64,000 bases of DNA from Octopus vulgaris (taxonomy: Eukaryota). Made by a program: the position numbers and the translations under genes. Shown in pieces: positions 41,707 through 55,127 of the stretch (its first letter is position 1; each line of letters starts with the position of its first letter). The notes under the pieces were generated by a model. That model searched no databases. It worked only from the letters and a program-made list of their open reading frames with translations, and had not been told where the DNA came from. Location of the stretch: NCBI GenBank assembly GCA_951406725.2, contig OX597822.1, forward strand, positions 66,092,001 through 66,156,000, given 5' to 3'.

Positions 41707-42583
41707 CCAATTAAGGAGAACAGAAATTTATATCCATGTTTTAATGCAGTTTTTTTTACATTTTTTTTTTCGTATCTACATTATATTTCTGAAGAAAGTC
41801 AGTGCACATTGCAAACTTGACATCTGGTGTCCATTTTGTTGTTAATCACCGATGCCTCTTCTTCCGGGCACAATTATCTGTATTTTCAGATATCATCTGA
41901 ATTAAATACAAGTCCAAACAAACTTAATCATACACGTGGTATTTAGTATTCTATAAATAGTCTAAATTCTGACCATTTCAACTCTGCTGGTTAGAAAAAA
42001 CAAGTGACTTACTGTCCAGAAGTAGATCAGTGGAATGCTAATATATTTTACCATTACACTAATTAGGGATAGTATCCATATTTTGTATCAGGTTACTTGA
42101 AGTTTGGTGATGTTGTCATGGTTACTTTCTTATCATTTCCAACTCCACTACTACTAGTCTTATTACTACTACTAGTCTAGTTGTAAATAATGAGATATTG
42201 GTCTATTATTTAATTTGCTAATTTTAAATTAAATCAGTTTTATTCAGGGATATCGTTAATTTTATTCGCTTATTATTCTTATTACTCAATTAAAATAAGG
42301 GGTTTATATTTAATTATCCTATTAATTTGCTATCGTTTACTTTATTTCTCTTCTAATTTTAGTATTATGTATCATAATTAATTATATTGATTAATCACAT
42401 GCTTGGACTGATGTAGACATCGTTTACTCATTTGTATTTTATGTAAGAATTTGGTAAATTTCTTGTACACATAATACGCACGGTTTGCTACCTCTGCGAT
42501 ATGGTTTAGCTCTACTAATTATTTCCCAGGTAATTGCATATTCCTTATTATTATTATCCTTTAAGGACAAACTTAATTTAATT

Positions 42584-42770
42584 GCCATGATAGATCGCTA
42601 ACCACTACACGTTCTTTATATTCTCGCCTTGTTTCTTTCTGTGTTCGTTTCTGTGGAAGAGCGTAGGCTCGAAACGTTAAAGACTTTTTCACTACCCGAA
42701 CGTTATACTAATACATTTGTTTGTTGTCTACACCACCTATCTTCATCCTTTGTTTTTTTTTGTGAATTCT

Positions 42771-42773
<3 letters not shown>
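42584..42773 (+). mobile_element. Repeat family F with minimal hammerhead-like motif
   Basis: TTT-CTGTGGA-A-GAGC-GTAG-GCTC-GAAAC-GTT-AAAG at 42648-42682; ends in CCC(TA)n. Confidence 0.8.
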
Positions 42774-42809
<36 letters not shown>

Positions 42810-42896
42810 TTCATGTATATGTATCTGTGTTTATATATATGCATATATACACAAACATACATATACATATATATGTATGTGTATATATATACATAC

Positions 42897-42942
<46 letters not shown>

Positions 42943-43333
42943 TTCATTGAATTAGTGTAATATGAATGGGAGAGGAGGAAAAAGGGAAATTTTGATAGCA
43001 GTGAAGAAGGAATGGGTCGTGGAATATATATATATAAAATAGTGGATGCATCACCGTCCCATAAAGTCTAGTTAGCCATTAAATTGAAAATAATGGCTAT
43101 GCAATTGAAATTGAAATGAAAAGTTCATCCCCACGCACGTGCAAGTAATTATATACAACCGTTGATACACGTATCCATCTATCCATCCATTCTCCATCCA
43201 TCCCTCCATCCCTCCATCCATCCATCCATTGATACAAACGTACATACATATATATACATACGTAGATGTGCATCTGTGTACATATGTGTGTGTTTATTAT
43301 AATTATCATAGTGTATATTCGTAAATATGTGTA

Positions 43334-43373
<40 letters not shown>

Positions 43374-44114
43374 CACACATATATACATGTATGTGTGTGT
43401 GGTGTATGCGTCTGTGTGTGTTTTATGTGATTGTCTTCTTATTTATGTCTTCCTAATCGTTTAGAGTGTTTATGTAAAAGAAAACATGACACTATCATGG
43501 CTTACTTACATGCATATCCACGAAATAATTGTCTAAAAATAGGTGTTAATTATTCGATAAACTTTCCCAGAAAACGTTCGAATGTTCAAACTACACGATT
43601 TGAAAACTACAGCAGTAAATGTATATAATAACGAAAAAAAAAAGAAACAAAGGCGTTAGATATACTATATGTTTATAATATTCCCTCTAATTGTTTAGAA
43701 GTAACTGCTTCAACAAACTCTATTATACAGCATAACAGTCAATGCAGACAGACATGCACGAAGTATGATATACTTTGGGAAATGTTTAGCATTGTTTTGT
43801 GTCTACTATCGTCGCTTCATGATTAGGCTGTGAAATGACTGAAGCCTCTATAGTACATTGTTGTATTGACTATTTTCAAAAGATATCTCCAGCTCTTCGT
43901 TAACAAACTGTTGTGAATGTAGTACGTGCAGCTAATAATTATATTAGACCATCTCTTTGTTTATGCCAGTCATTACACACTTCTTTTCAAACATCCTCGG
44001 GAGACGTGCATGTCTATGAAAAGTATACATACACATACCTACCTATCAATCTAGCTACATGCATGCATACATACACACATACATATATACATATATGCAT
44101 ATACCTATATACAA

Positions 44115-44185
<71 letters not shown>

Positions 44186-44186
44186 T

Positions 44187-44224
<38 letters not shown>

Positions 44225-44225
44225 C

Positions 44226-44320
44226 GGGAAGGTTTACGAAAATAAACAAAAGACGAAGGCAAGTGGAGTACAAACAAACAAATGTATTAGTATGGCGCTC
44301 AGGAATAGAAATAGAACAAT
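44226..44320 (-). mobile_element. Repeat family F, 3' fragment
   Basis: Reverse complement of the 32775-32860 region, flanked by (TA)n. Confidence 0.75.
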
Positions 44321-44359
44321 ATATGTATGTATATATATATATACATATATACATATACA

Positions 44360-44407
<48 letters not shown>

Positions 44408-44414
44408 ACATATA

Positions 44415-44690
44415 TTCTTTTCTTTTCTTCCTGTACTTGTTTCAGTCATTTGACTGCGGCCAATCTGGAGTACAACCTTTAATCTAAGAAATCTATCTCA
44501 GGACTTATTCTTCATAAGCCTAGTACTTATTCTATCGGTCCTCTCTTGCCGAAATGCTAAGACACCAACATCGGTTGAGCCTTGGTGTAGGGACTAACAC
44601 AAACACACACAAACAGGAGGCCCTTAGTAATAACAGTATAGCAAAGCGGCGGTGCTCCAGCATGGCGACAGATCTGAGCTGAAACTGCAA
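44415..44690. mobile_element. SINE family A 3' half (-) followed by a short related tail fragment (+)
   Basis: CTTGTTTCAGTCATTTGACTGCGGCC... on the minus strand; GGCGGTGCTCCAGCATGGC on the plus strand near 44648. Confidence 0.75.
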
Positions 44691-45259
44691 TATATATATA
44701 TATATATATACTGAAGTAACTTGCTTGAATAAGGTAACTACTATTGATGACATATATATATAGCCTATGTGATTTTGTACTAGTCTCAGAAAATAACATC
44801 TTGGTAAACGTCCATTAAAGATAACAATGTTAAAAGGCAGAGAGTGTCTCGGACCAAGCGAGACAACTCGCCTGGCGGGCGAAAGAAAATGGTGGATAGC
44901 TATATTGTGCTATCCTTCTATCGCTTCAACGCCATACATATTCGACACACTACGAAGTGGACTATGTTGCCTGTGGGGACATATATGCAAATATTAAAAA
45001 GTGTATTTGGTGATAAGCTGTGGCGCAGAATAGGGGGGGAAATTTAATTTTGAATTAAAGGCAGTATTAATAAAGTAAGCATTAATCGATGAGATATACA
45101 CACCATCTTTTGTTTATACATTATTCCTTTAACATGTGCGTGTATGTGAAGGGATATTTGCCAGGACGCTACCCCGCAGATTCAGTCCTTATAAATAGGA
45201 CACAGATAACGTGTCATCTATAAAGTGTGTGTATGTATATATGTATATATGTATATACC

Positions 45260-45720
<461 letters not shown>

Positions 45721-46647
45721 ATATGCACAAAGAAAGATGTGCATATATAAATATGTGTGTGTCTCCGCAGATACGCATATGCATCTGCTATATGTATGTG
45801 CGCGTCTGTCTCCGTGTGTGTATGCCTATAACTGACATGTTTGTGTTTGGTGTGTGTTAGCATTCACAATGTTCTTAGACACGCTTGAGCTTAGGAATAA
45901 TTACGTTGCTTATCTTTTTACGTTTTTTTTTTCTTCCTATACCATCCACTTCTTTTTATTCTTCAATTGACATATACTGAATGGCATTAACAGGTATTCA
46001 CAATGTTACTGCACCAATAATGTAGACAATTATTTCATAAGGATCGGTTGATTTTTCCACGAACAAATCAATGCCGAGCTAACTGATTTAAAAAGTTTAT
46101 TCGTGTTCTTCTGAATTGTGAATTCAAATCACACTAGGATTAAATTTGCATTTCCTCCCTCTTTGGTTTACATAATAAGTGTCAGTCATGTGCTTGGTTA
46201 GATTGAATTATCTGCAGCACACCTGTACAATTTTCTCGCTTCTCAAACAATTTTCTGAAGCGCTATGTTATATATACAGCAATATTATTAACGCCACATG
46301 ATAACATAAATAATAAAATACAAAAGTATAGGAAAGAGTAAATACACCTACATATGTGTATTCATGCATGTACACACACACGCATTTACACACACACACA
46401 CGCAGATACACACACAGACGCGCTCGCGGACATTTGTGCGTACATCTATCTATCTATCAATCTATATATATATATATGTGTATGTGTGTGTGTGTGTGTG
46501 TGTGTTTGTGTGTATGTATGTATGTATGTTTCTATAACACTTCCTTCCACAATCAGCACGCATTTGTGTGAATATACATACATATAAGCATATATAAATA
46601 TACATGTACACATATACTCATCCGTCCATACAACCATACATCCGTAC

Positions 46648-46738
<91 letters not shown>

Positions 46739-46788
46739 TATACACAAACACACACACTCATACACACACACATATACACATACACAGA

Positions 46789-46841
<53 letters not shown>

Positions 46842-47074
46842 TACAGTGTATGGTATATGACGAATCTACAATATTCTATAAAAGACACAAACGTGTATGA
46901 TAATATTGGCAATCTCTAATTTAAACATTAGTTTTCGAAATATTTGCCGTGTTGTACATACCAAAAAAATTGTACACTTAATTATGCATTATAGATGTGA
47001 AATGAAAGAATTTTTTGATTTTATTTAAATGTGTACAATCCTTTTATTTTGTACATTATTGGAATTTTTGGATA

Positions 47075-47535
47075 TTAAACCCAAATCTAGACGGAATTGC
47101 TTTCCAGTATTTGGAAGACCCAGTATACGAAAGAAAATGATTTATAACATGGAAGCCTCTCGGTGTCGAAAAATTGACCGTGATGTAAACCTCGTCGAGG
47201 AATATGAAGGAGCAGGCTAGAAAGCGGAGCATTTTCGAATCGAAGTCGGATGTAGAGTGTTTCTTGGACACAGTGTGAGGCGATTACTGTTATCGGTAGA
47301 CCTAACTCATTGTAAAGGAAATACCACGATGACCAATATCCAAACTAATGTGGAAAAGGCTAGTCACTGGATTCGTTTAAAAAGAGACGAGAGGGCCGAT
47401 GCGCATCGATGCCGTCGAGAGGTAGGCTCCGAAACGGCGCGCATTCTCTCCTGATGACCCCATACGGGTGCTGGCTTCCGGTATGCGGAGCTCTCGACTG
47501 CTAGCACTTCCCTGTGCAAGTTGTTTGCAAAACAT
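47075..47535 (+). mobile_element. HERO-like (R2-group, restriction-like endonuclease) non-LTR retrotransposon 3' end, 5'-truncated
   Basis: One frame reads NMEASRCRKIDRDVNLVEEYEGAG*KAEHFRIEVGCRVFLGHSVRRLL...VEKASHWIRLKRDE, matching the HERO-type EVGCRGF...EKASxWxWLKR C-terminus (family motif recalled from memory). Confidence 0.75.
47393..47498 (+). ncRNA. Candidate rearranged (non-circularly permuted) hammerhead ribozyme in the LINE 3' UTR
   Basis: GCCGT-C-GAGAG..GCTCC-GAA-ACGGC...CTCTC-CTGATGA: intact core nucleotides and perfect stems I and III, in a non-canonical order. Confidence 0.65.
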
Positions 47536-47538
47536 TAT

Positions 47539-47929
47539 GGGAGTAGCTGTGTGGTATATAGCTTGCTTACCAGCCACCTGTTTCTGGGTTCAGTCCCACT
47601 CCTTGGCACCTTCGGCAAGTGTCTTCTACCATAGGCTCGGGCCGACCAAAGACTTGTGAGTGGATTTGGTAAATGGAAACTGAAAGAAGCCCGTCGTATA
47701 TATGTATATATATATGTGTTTGTGTGTCTGTGTTTGTCTCCCCAACATCGTTTGACAACCAATACTGGTGTGTTTACATCCCCGAAACTTAGAGGTTCGG
47801 CAAAAGAGCCCGATGGAATAAGTACTAGGCTTACACAGAATACATCCTGGGGTTGATTTGTTAGACAAAAAGGCGGTGCTCCAGCACGGCCGCAGTCGAA
47901 TGACTGAAACATGTAAAAGAGTAATAGAG
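47539..47929 (+). mobile_element. SINE family A
   Basis: Head, body and tail are all present. Confidence 0.9.
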
Positions 47930-48675
47930 GATGAGTATGGATTTAATGCAGAACTTTTTTGGAAGCAGCAAAATAAATTGGTAAATGTAGATAGGAGCAA
48001 TGAAAATATATGAAGAGATTTATAATAATATCTATTAAGTCTCTTATCTATTGCAATTATGAAAACCTAATCTTTGAAGTAGAGATCAAATAATTTCTAA
48101 GTTCAGCAAGAGAATGGTTGTTAGTATTTTTAACGACTAATTGATCATTACCTCTGTTAAGGAATTCTCGCTCTGAGGAAAATTTTATGTTGTTTAAGTT
48201 GTTTAAATAAATAGATGAAGGGGCACAGCATTTAGTAGAATAATAAACCAGCATAGTAACATCGATAAGAACGTTTCTTATTTTTGAAATTCTTTTAGAA
48301 TTTCCGCAATTAAATATTGCTTTTCACGGAAATATTGGTCAATGGCAAGTAGCATCAAAGACTTAGTGACAAAAGCTAATGATCTCTACAGTCAAAGCAT
48401 TGAGATATAATGCAAAATTTTGTTACGGTTAAACGGTAACCGAAATTATGTCAATTTGTGTATTATGGCATAATGCTAAGTTTGCTAATTCCTTCAAGTA
48501 AATGAGATTCGCTTACTCATAACCATTTAATAATGATGCTTTTATCTCATTTACACAGTTTAATTAAATTGACAACTCGTTATGAAGAACTTTCCTGTTT
48601 TCGATAGAAAGCTGAGTTTATAATTTAACTGTGAATTTAATTTTATTTCGTAGTGTGTGTTGACATAGTGTGTTG

Positions 48676-48871
48676 TAAACCCCCTCCCACCATCGATAGA
48701 CATCCGATGCTGGTGTGTTTTCTTCCCCGTAACTTAGTGGTTCGGCAAAAGAGACCGATAGTATTAGTACTAGGCTTACAAAGAATAAGTCCTGGGGTCA
48801 ATTTGTTCTACTAAAGGCGGTGCTCCAGCATGGCTGCAATCAAATGACTGAAACAAGTAAAAGAATAAAAG
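48676..48871 (+). mobile_element. SINE family A, 3' half
   Basis: CCGATGCTGGTGTGTTT...GACTGAAACAAGTAAAAGAATAAAAG. Confidence 0.88.
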
Positions 48872-49556
48872 TATATATATATCCTTATATTGAAATTTTT
48901 TTTTCAATTGTGTTCTGGTGTTCTAATTTTAGTACGTTTAAAAATTGCAAAAATCATCATGGTAAGGTAAGAGAACTTTGTTTACAGGTGGGAATCGCGT
49001 GATTAAATCCATTTTTGTAGTTGCTAACAAATTCTTTTCTCTTTTTGTACAAAAATTACCGGCACGCATGTATATAGTTTTATACCTGTATGTATCTCGA
49101 TATGTATGTATGTCTATATATTTTTTCTTTTGAATATTCACATTGATGACTATTAATAATTCATTTCTTTCCGACTTCTTTCCATCTGAGAGACGTTACA
49201 CACATTTATTACCATTTCTATTACATTCTCCATTGTACTTTTTATATCCATAGGCAGGTCTGTATACGAATTTGATATGCAAATAGTTATATACCTCTCG
49301 ATTCTTATTTCTAGTTATTTCGCCATAAATCGGTATTAAGACACTTTCCGCCTGAAAAAAAAAAAGCACAATGGTGATGAGCCGTTATGATTTTCATACC
49401 AGCTCATCACTGTCCTCAGTTTTCTTTTGATGAAAAGAATTTAACAATGGACAACTGATATATGTATAAGACAAAAGTGTGAACAGGTTTATGGTTATCT
49501 TTGTTTTTGATATTTTCTATACAATTTCAATTATGCTGGTTTTTCAGGAGTGGTTA

Positions 49557-49940
49557 TATTCTTTTCTGTTCTAAGCACAGGGCCCTAAACTTTTGCGGAG
49601 GGGGGGGGGGCAGTCGATTAGATAGCCCCCAGTACGCAGATGGCGTTTAATTAATCGACACCGAATGAATGAAAGACAAGGTCGACCTCGGTGGGATTTG
49701 AACTCAGAAGGTAAAAACAGACGAAATTCCTATTTCCTTACTACCCAGAAGGGGCTAAACACAGAGAGAACAAACAAGGACAGACAAACGGGTTAAGTCG
49801 ATTACATCGACCCCAGTGCGTAACTGGCACTTAATTTATCGACTCCGAAAGGATGACAGACAAAGTCGACCTCGGCGGAATTTGAACTGAGAACGTAACG
49901 GCAGACGAAATACCGCTAAGCATTTCGCCAGCCGGCCGCC
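49557..49940 (-). mobile_element. SINE family B dimer
   Basis: Unit with tail-X, restart at GGAATTTCGTC, then unit with tail-Y. Confidence 0.88.
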
Positions 49941-50182
49941 GTTGCATTTTCATATATTGCAATATTATGATAGAGGTAAATATCATCGTGAAATACCCTG
50001 TCCGTGAATAGAATATTTTATCCCGTGAAATTCGAAGTTACGGATACCTAAACACGCACGCATTCTCTCCATCATGCATACATGCATACATACATACTTG
50101 CATGCATGTGTGTGTGTGTGTGTAGACATACATATACTGACAAACACATGTATGTATGCAGGTATGCATGTATGTATATATG

Positions 50183-50234
<52 letters not shown>

Positions 50235-50526
50235 CATATGTATGAAGAGCATGCTATGCCAGACACTAATTAATCTAATTCCAGTAACAGCAGGTCCTAT
50301 ATATTTCTATGGAGTCAGTATTCCTGTATATTATTTCTCACTCATAATCATATACCAAAAAAGTAAAACGATACAAAAAACAAAAAGCAAAAAAAAAAAA
50401 ATGACAGAGAAAAATGGTTGGATCCAATTAGGCATCGGCAAGAAATTCTCCATTCTGGCACTGTCTGTGATGTTTTATGGATTATATTCTGCATCCTAAC
50501 CGCTGATAGGGCTGCGTGGTTAAGAA

Positions 50527-50717
50527 CTGGCACTCTTTCGATTACTGGCACGCTCTCGTTCCAGTTCATCCGCTCAACGGAACATCCTGCACGTGAAATT
50601 AGCGTACAAGTTGCCGAGTACTTCACAGACACGCGTGTATCCTTAACATGGTTTCCAGGGAGATTCAGTGTGATACAGAATACGACAAGGCTGGCCCCTT
50701 TGAAATACAGGCACAAC
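50527..50717 (-). mobile_element. SINE family C body and tail
   Basis: Reverse complement of 24790-24973. Confidence 0.8.
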
Positions 50718-50761
50718 ACATCTTTGTCAGCTGAGTGGACCGGGTACACCTAACCACTAAG

Positions 50762-50910
50762 CTACGCGCCTTTGACTGTGGTTAAGAAGCTCATTGTGCA
50801 ACCACGTGGGTTTGGGTTCGGTTCCATTGCGAGCCACCTTAAGCAGGCAACTATCCATGGCTTGCAAGCGAATTCGGTAGACGGAAACTGTGTGGAAGCC
50901 TCATTATATT
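50762..50910 (+). mobile_element. Diverged SINE A-related 5' half
   Basis: GTGGTTAAGAAGCTC...GGGTTCGGTTCC...GGTAGACGGAAACTG. Confidence 0.65.
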
Positions 50911-50943
50911 TGTGTGTGTGTGTGTGTATACACATACACACAC

Positions 50944-52112
50944 ATTGAGTTTGCAAGAAAGTAATTTCGTTTTTCGCAGACAGAGCTACGATTTTTTGAA
51001 TGACATTTCTCAATATTGTGATTTTTCTTCCTTTTGACCTTTGATAGCCGTTACTTTTAGCTTACTTCAGAAATAGATTGCGCGTAATTTTGTTTACAGC
51101 TGTTAGTTCAGTGTCAATTTTAATATGGAGTGCAACAACGAACATTTTTACCATAGTTTACTTTTCGATTCCGTAAAGGCAAGAAAGCTGCTGAGGGTCA
51201 CAAAGAGCTATGTGCAGTTTATGGTGTTGACTGCTTAAGAAAACGCACATGTCAGAAAGGGTTTTTAAAATTCCGTCATGGATATTTTTCACTCAAAAAT
51301 GACCAACGTTCTGGTCGACCTAATGAAGTTGATGATGACCAAATCAAAGTCATAATTGAATCCGATTGTCAAATAAATGTGCGAGAGATTGCAGAGAGTT
51401 TAACTGTATCGCACACAACAACTGAAAATCCCTTAAGATGTCTTGGACTCGTTAAGAAGCTCGATATTCCACATAAATTGAAAGAGATTCACTTAACACA
51501 ACGAACTGATATTTGCGATATGCATCTCAAACGCAATGAAATCGACTGTTAGAAACGAATCATCAATGGTGATAAAAAAATGGATTGTCTACAATAACAT
51601 CAATCGAAAACGACCATGGTCCAAGTGTAAAGAACCAGCACAAACCACGTCGAAAGCTGAATTGTATATAAAAAAAAGTTCATGCTTTCAATTTGGAGAG
51701 ATTACAAAGGTGTTGTGTATTTTCAGCTGCTTTCAAGGAACCAAATGATCAATTCAGTTGTTTACTGTCAACAACTAATGAAACTAGAGGAAGCAATCAA
51801 AGAAAAACGGCTAGAATTGGCAAATCGTGAAGGAACCGTGTTCCACTATGACAGTGCTAGACCACACATATCTTTGCTAACTTGTGAAAAATTATTGGAG
51901 TTTGGTTGGGAAGTGATGTCCACCATATAGCCCTGATCTTGCACCATCAGATTATCATTTAATTCAAAGATTGAAAAATTGTTTGAATGGTAAAAATTTT
52001 CAATAATGCTGATGACCTGATATTGCACATGCTTCAGTTTTAGCTGATAAGGACAAGAAGTCCTACGAGCACGGAAGCATGAAGTTGCCAAAAAGATGGC
52101 AAAAGATCATCA
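50944..52112 (+). mobile_element. Mariner transposon, near full length, frameshifted transposase (ATG 51125), 3' TIR missing
   Basis: 5' TIR-like TTGAGTTTGCAAGAAAGTAATTTCG; HTH region RSGRP; RIINGD-K-WIVYNN, VFHYDSARPH, PPYSPDLAPSDYHL and [10 protein letters not shown] (DD34D-type motifs) with stops and frameshifts. Confidence 0.93.
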
Positions 52113-53115
52113 AAGACGACAAACCGACCCACCAACAAACCAGCCGAACCACCGACCAGCCAGCCAACCAGCCAAACAACCGAAAAATCAACCAAACAGC
52201 CGACCCAACGCTCAACCAAATAACCAGCCAACTAACCGACAAACCAATCAGCCAGCCGAGCCACCGACCAACCAACCAACAACCAATCAACCGACAAACC
52301 AACCAGCCAGCCGACTCACCGACCAACCACTCAACCAGCTCATCAAACGACAAACAAACCATCCATCCAACAAACCGACAAACCAACCAACCAGCCGACC
52401 CTCGACCACCCAAATAACCAGTCAACCAACCGACAAACCAACCAACCAGCTGACCACTGACCAACCAACCAACCAAACAGCCAGCCGACCCACCGACCAG
52501 CCAGCCAACCAACCGACCGACAAACCAACCAACAAACCAACCAACCAACCAGCTAACCCACGACCAACTGATCAACCAACCAACCAGCCGACCCAACGAC
52601 CAACCAACCAACCAGCTAACCAACCGACAAACCAACCAACCAGCCGACCCATCGACCAACCAGCCAACCAGCCAACCAACCGACAAACCAACCAGCCAGC
52701 TGGCGCACGACCAACCGACCAACCAACCAACCAGCCGACCCACCAACCAACCAGCCAACCAGCTAACCAACCGACCAACCAACCAACCAGCCAACCAGCC
52801 AACCAACCGACAAACCAACCAACCAGCTGACCGACGACTAACCGACCAACCAACCAACCAGCCGACCCACCGACCAACCAGACAACCAGATAACCAACCC
52901 ACAAGCCAACCTATAAACTGGCCCACCGACCAACCAGCCAACCAGCCAACCAACAGACCAACCAATCAACCAGCCGACCAACCGACAAACCAACTAACCA
53001 GCCAACCAACCGACAAACCAACCAACCAGCCGACCCACCGACCAACCAGCCAACCAGCCAGCCAACCAACCGATTAATCAGCCAAACAGCCAACAGTGCC
53101 ACCAACCAACCAACA
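52113..53115. repeat. About 1-kb degenerate (CCAA/CCGA/CCAG)n tetranucleotide array
   Basis: Read directly; explains the LVGW and TNQP ORFs. Confidence 0.95.
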
Positions 53116-53499
53116 AGCACATCTGTTGGCTGTTATTTTTATATAAAGATCACTGATGGGTTGGTCACGACTGGATGTATTCGATCATAGACCTGTTCGA
53201 TTAGGCTTTCGTGATGGCTGGACAACAACAACAACAACTACAACAACAACAACAAAATATATTGAATACGACTGATTTACTCTAGAATTAGGAACCAGTC
53301 GTTGTTTGCGTGAGTATGGCACAGGCATTGTGAAATAGCAGCAACATTTCGGGAAGATTTTAATACAGGATCTTTCGTAAACTTCAATCTCTGGTGCTGG
53401 GGTCTGGGTGGGGTGAGGTGGGGTGGGGTGGGTCTCTTCGATATTGCTGCATCTCTTCTCTTTTACCTGCTGCAAAACAATGAAGGCTGTTGTTGATGT

Positions 53500-54003
53500 T
53501 GGTGGTGGTGGTGGTGGTGGTGGTGGTGGTGGTGGTGGTGGTGATGGTGGTGGTGGTAATGGTTGTAATGGTTGTAGTTGTGGTGGTGGTCATGGTAGTG
53601 GAGGTAGTAGTGCTGCTGGTGGTGGTGTTTGAGATAGTAGTGGTGATGGTGGTGGTAATGGTTGTAGTTGTGGTGGTAGTAGTGCTGCTGGTGGTGACGT
53701 TTGATATAGGAGTGGTGATGGTGGTGGCAATTGTTGTAGTTGTGGTGGTGGTCATGGTAGTGGAGGTAGTAGTTCTGGTGGTGGTGGCGTTTGAGATAGT
53801 AGTGGTGATGGTGGCGGTAATGGTTGTGGTTGTGGTGGTGGTGGTAGTAGTGCTGGTGGTGGTGGTAATGCTTGTGGTTGTGGTGGTGGTCATGGTAGTG
53901 GTTGTAGTAGTGCTGGTGGTGGTGGTGTTTGAGATAGTAGTGGTGATGGTGCTGGTAATGGTTGTGGTTGTGGTGCTGGTCATGGTTTTGGTGGTGGTGG
54001 CGG
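53500..54003. repeat. (GGT)n-derived minisatellite with higher-order units
   Basis: Recurrent GTTTGAGATAGTAGTGGTGATG landmark near 53627, 53699, 53789 and 53927. Confidence 0.9.
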
Positions 54004-54376
54004 TGTTTACCTCCGACGTCTGCCCAAACGAAACAATTCTTTTTTTTTGCAGCCATTTCTCCGTTCTTTTTTTTTTTATTTAAAAGTTTTTTTTATTTTC
54101 AGACATTGAGATATAACGAAGATTCGATTCATATCGAAGTCAATTTTAATATTGGATTTACAAGGGCCCAAATCAGTGGTTCCCAACAGAAGTCTTTTTG
54201 ACAGTTGGAGGTCCACGTAAGGTGTATGAAGATTATGTATAGTTATATGCATGAGTTTGTGTTAGTCATCAATTTCCCTGATTTTGTAATATATCGGTAG
54301 GTGAGTAGAACGAGCAGTAAGAATAATGGTCGTCGAAACCCATACTTACAAACACATACATACATACATATACATT

Positions 54377-54768
54377 AGGCGCAGGAGTGGCTGTGTGGTA
54401 AGTAGCTTGCTTACCAACCACATGGTTCCGGGTTCAGTCCCACTGCGTGGCACCTTGAGGAAGTGTCTTCTGCTATAGCCCCAGGCCGACCAATGCCTTG
54501 TGAGTGGATTTGGTAGACGGAAACTGAAAGAAGCCTGTCGCATATATGTATATATATATAAATATATATATGTGTGTGTGTGTGTGGGACTGTGTTTGTC
54601 CCTCTAGCATTGCTTGACAACCGATGCTGGTTCGGCAAAAGAGACCGATAGAACAAGTACTGGGCTTACAAAGAATAAGTCCCGGAGTCGATTTGCTTGA
54701 CTAAAGGTGGTGCTCCAGCAATGCCGCAGTCAAATGACTGAAACAAGTGAAATAGTAAAGAGTAAGAG
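54377..54768 (+). mobile_element. SINE family A, full-length reference copy
   Basis: GGCGCAGGAGTGGCTGTGTGGTAAG A box, GGGTTCAGTCCC B box and GTAAAGA tail. Confidence 0.92.
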
Positions 54769-54787
54769 TATACATATATATATATAC

Positions 54788-54953
54788 ACGACGGGCTTCT
54801 TTCAGTTTACGTCTACCATATCCACTAAACAAGCTCTTCGGCTTTGGTCGGCCCAAAGGTATAGTGGAATACACTTTCCCTAGGTGTCATGCAGTGAAAC
54901 TGAACCCAGAACCTTGTGTTTATGAAGGAAGCTTCTTAGCACACAGCCGGTGC
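54788..54953 (-). mobile_element. SINE family A, 5' half, inverted relative to its neighbour
   Basis: Reverse complement of 54380-54541. Confidence 0.85.
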
Positions 54954-55019
<66 letters not shown>

Positions 55020-55049
55020 TAGATATATATATACATATATACCTACATA

Positions 55050-55127
<78 letters not shown>

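Noticed and set aside
47499-47535. HDV-like ribozyme (CAC-TTCCCT-GTG as P3/L3)
   Set aside because: No P1, P1.1 GG or J4/2-P2 elements could be placed.
52063-52965. 300-aa LVGW-repeat ORF resembling a membrane protein
   Set aside because: It is a translation of the (TTGG)n-like array.
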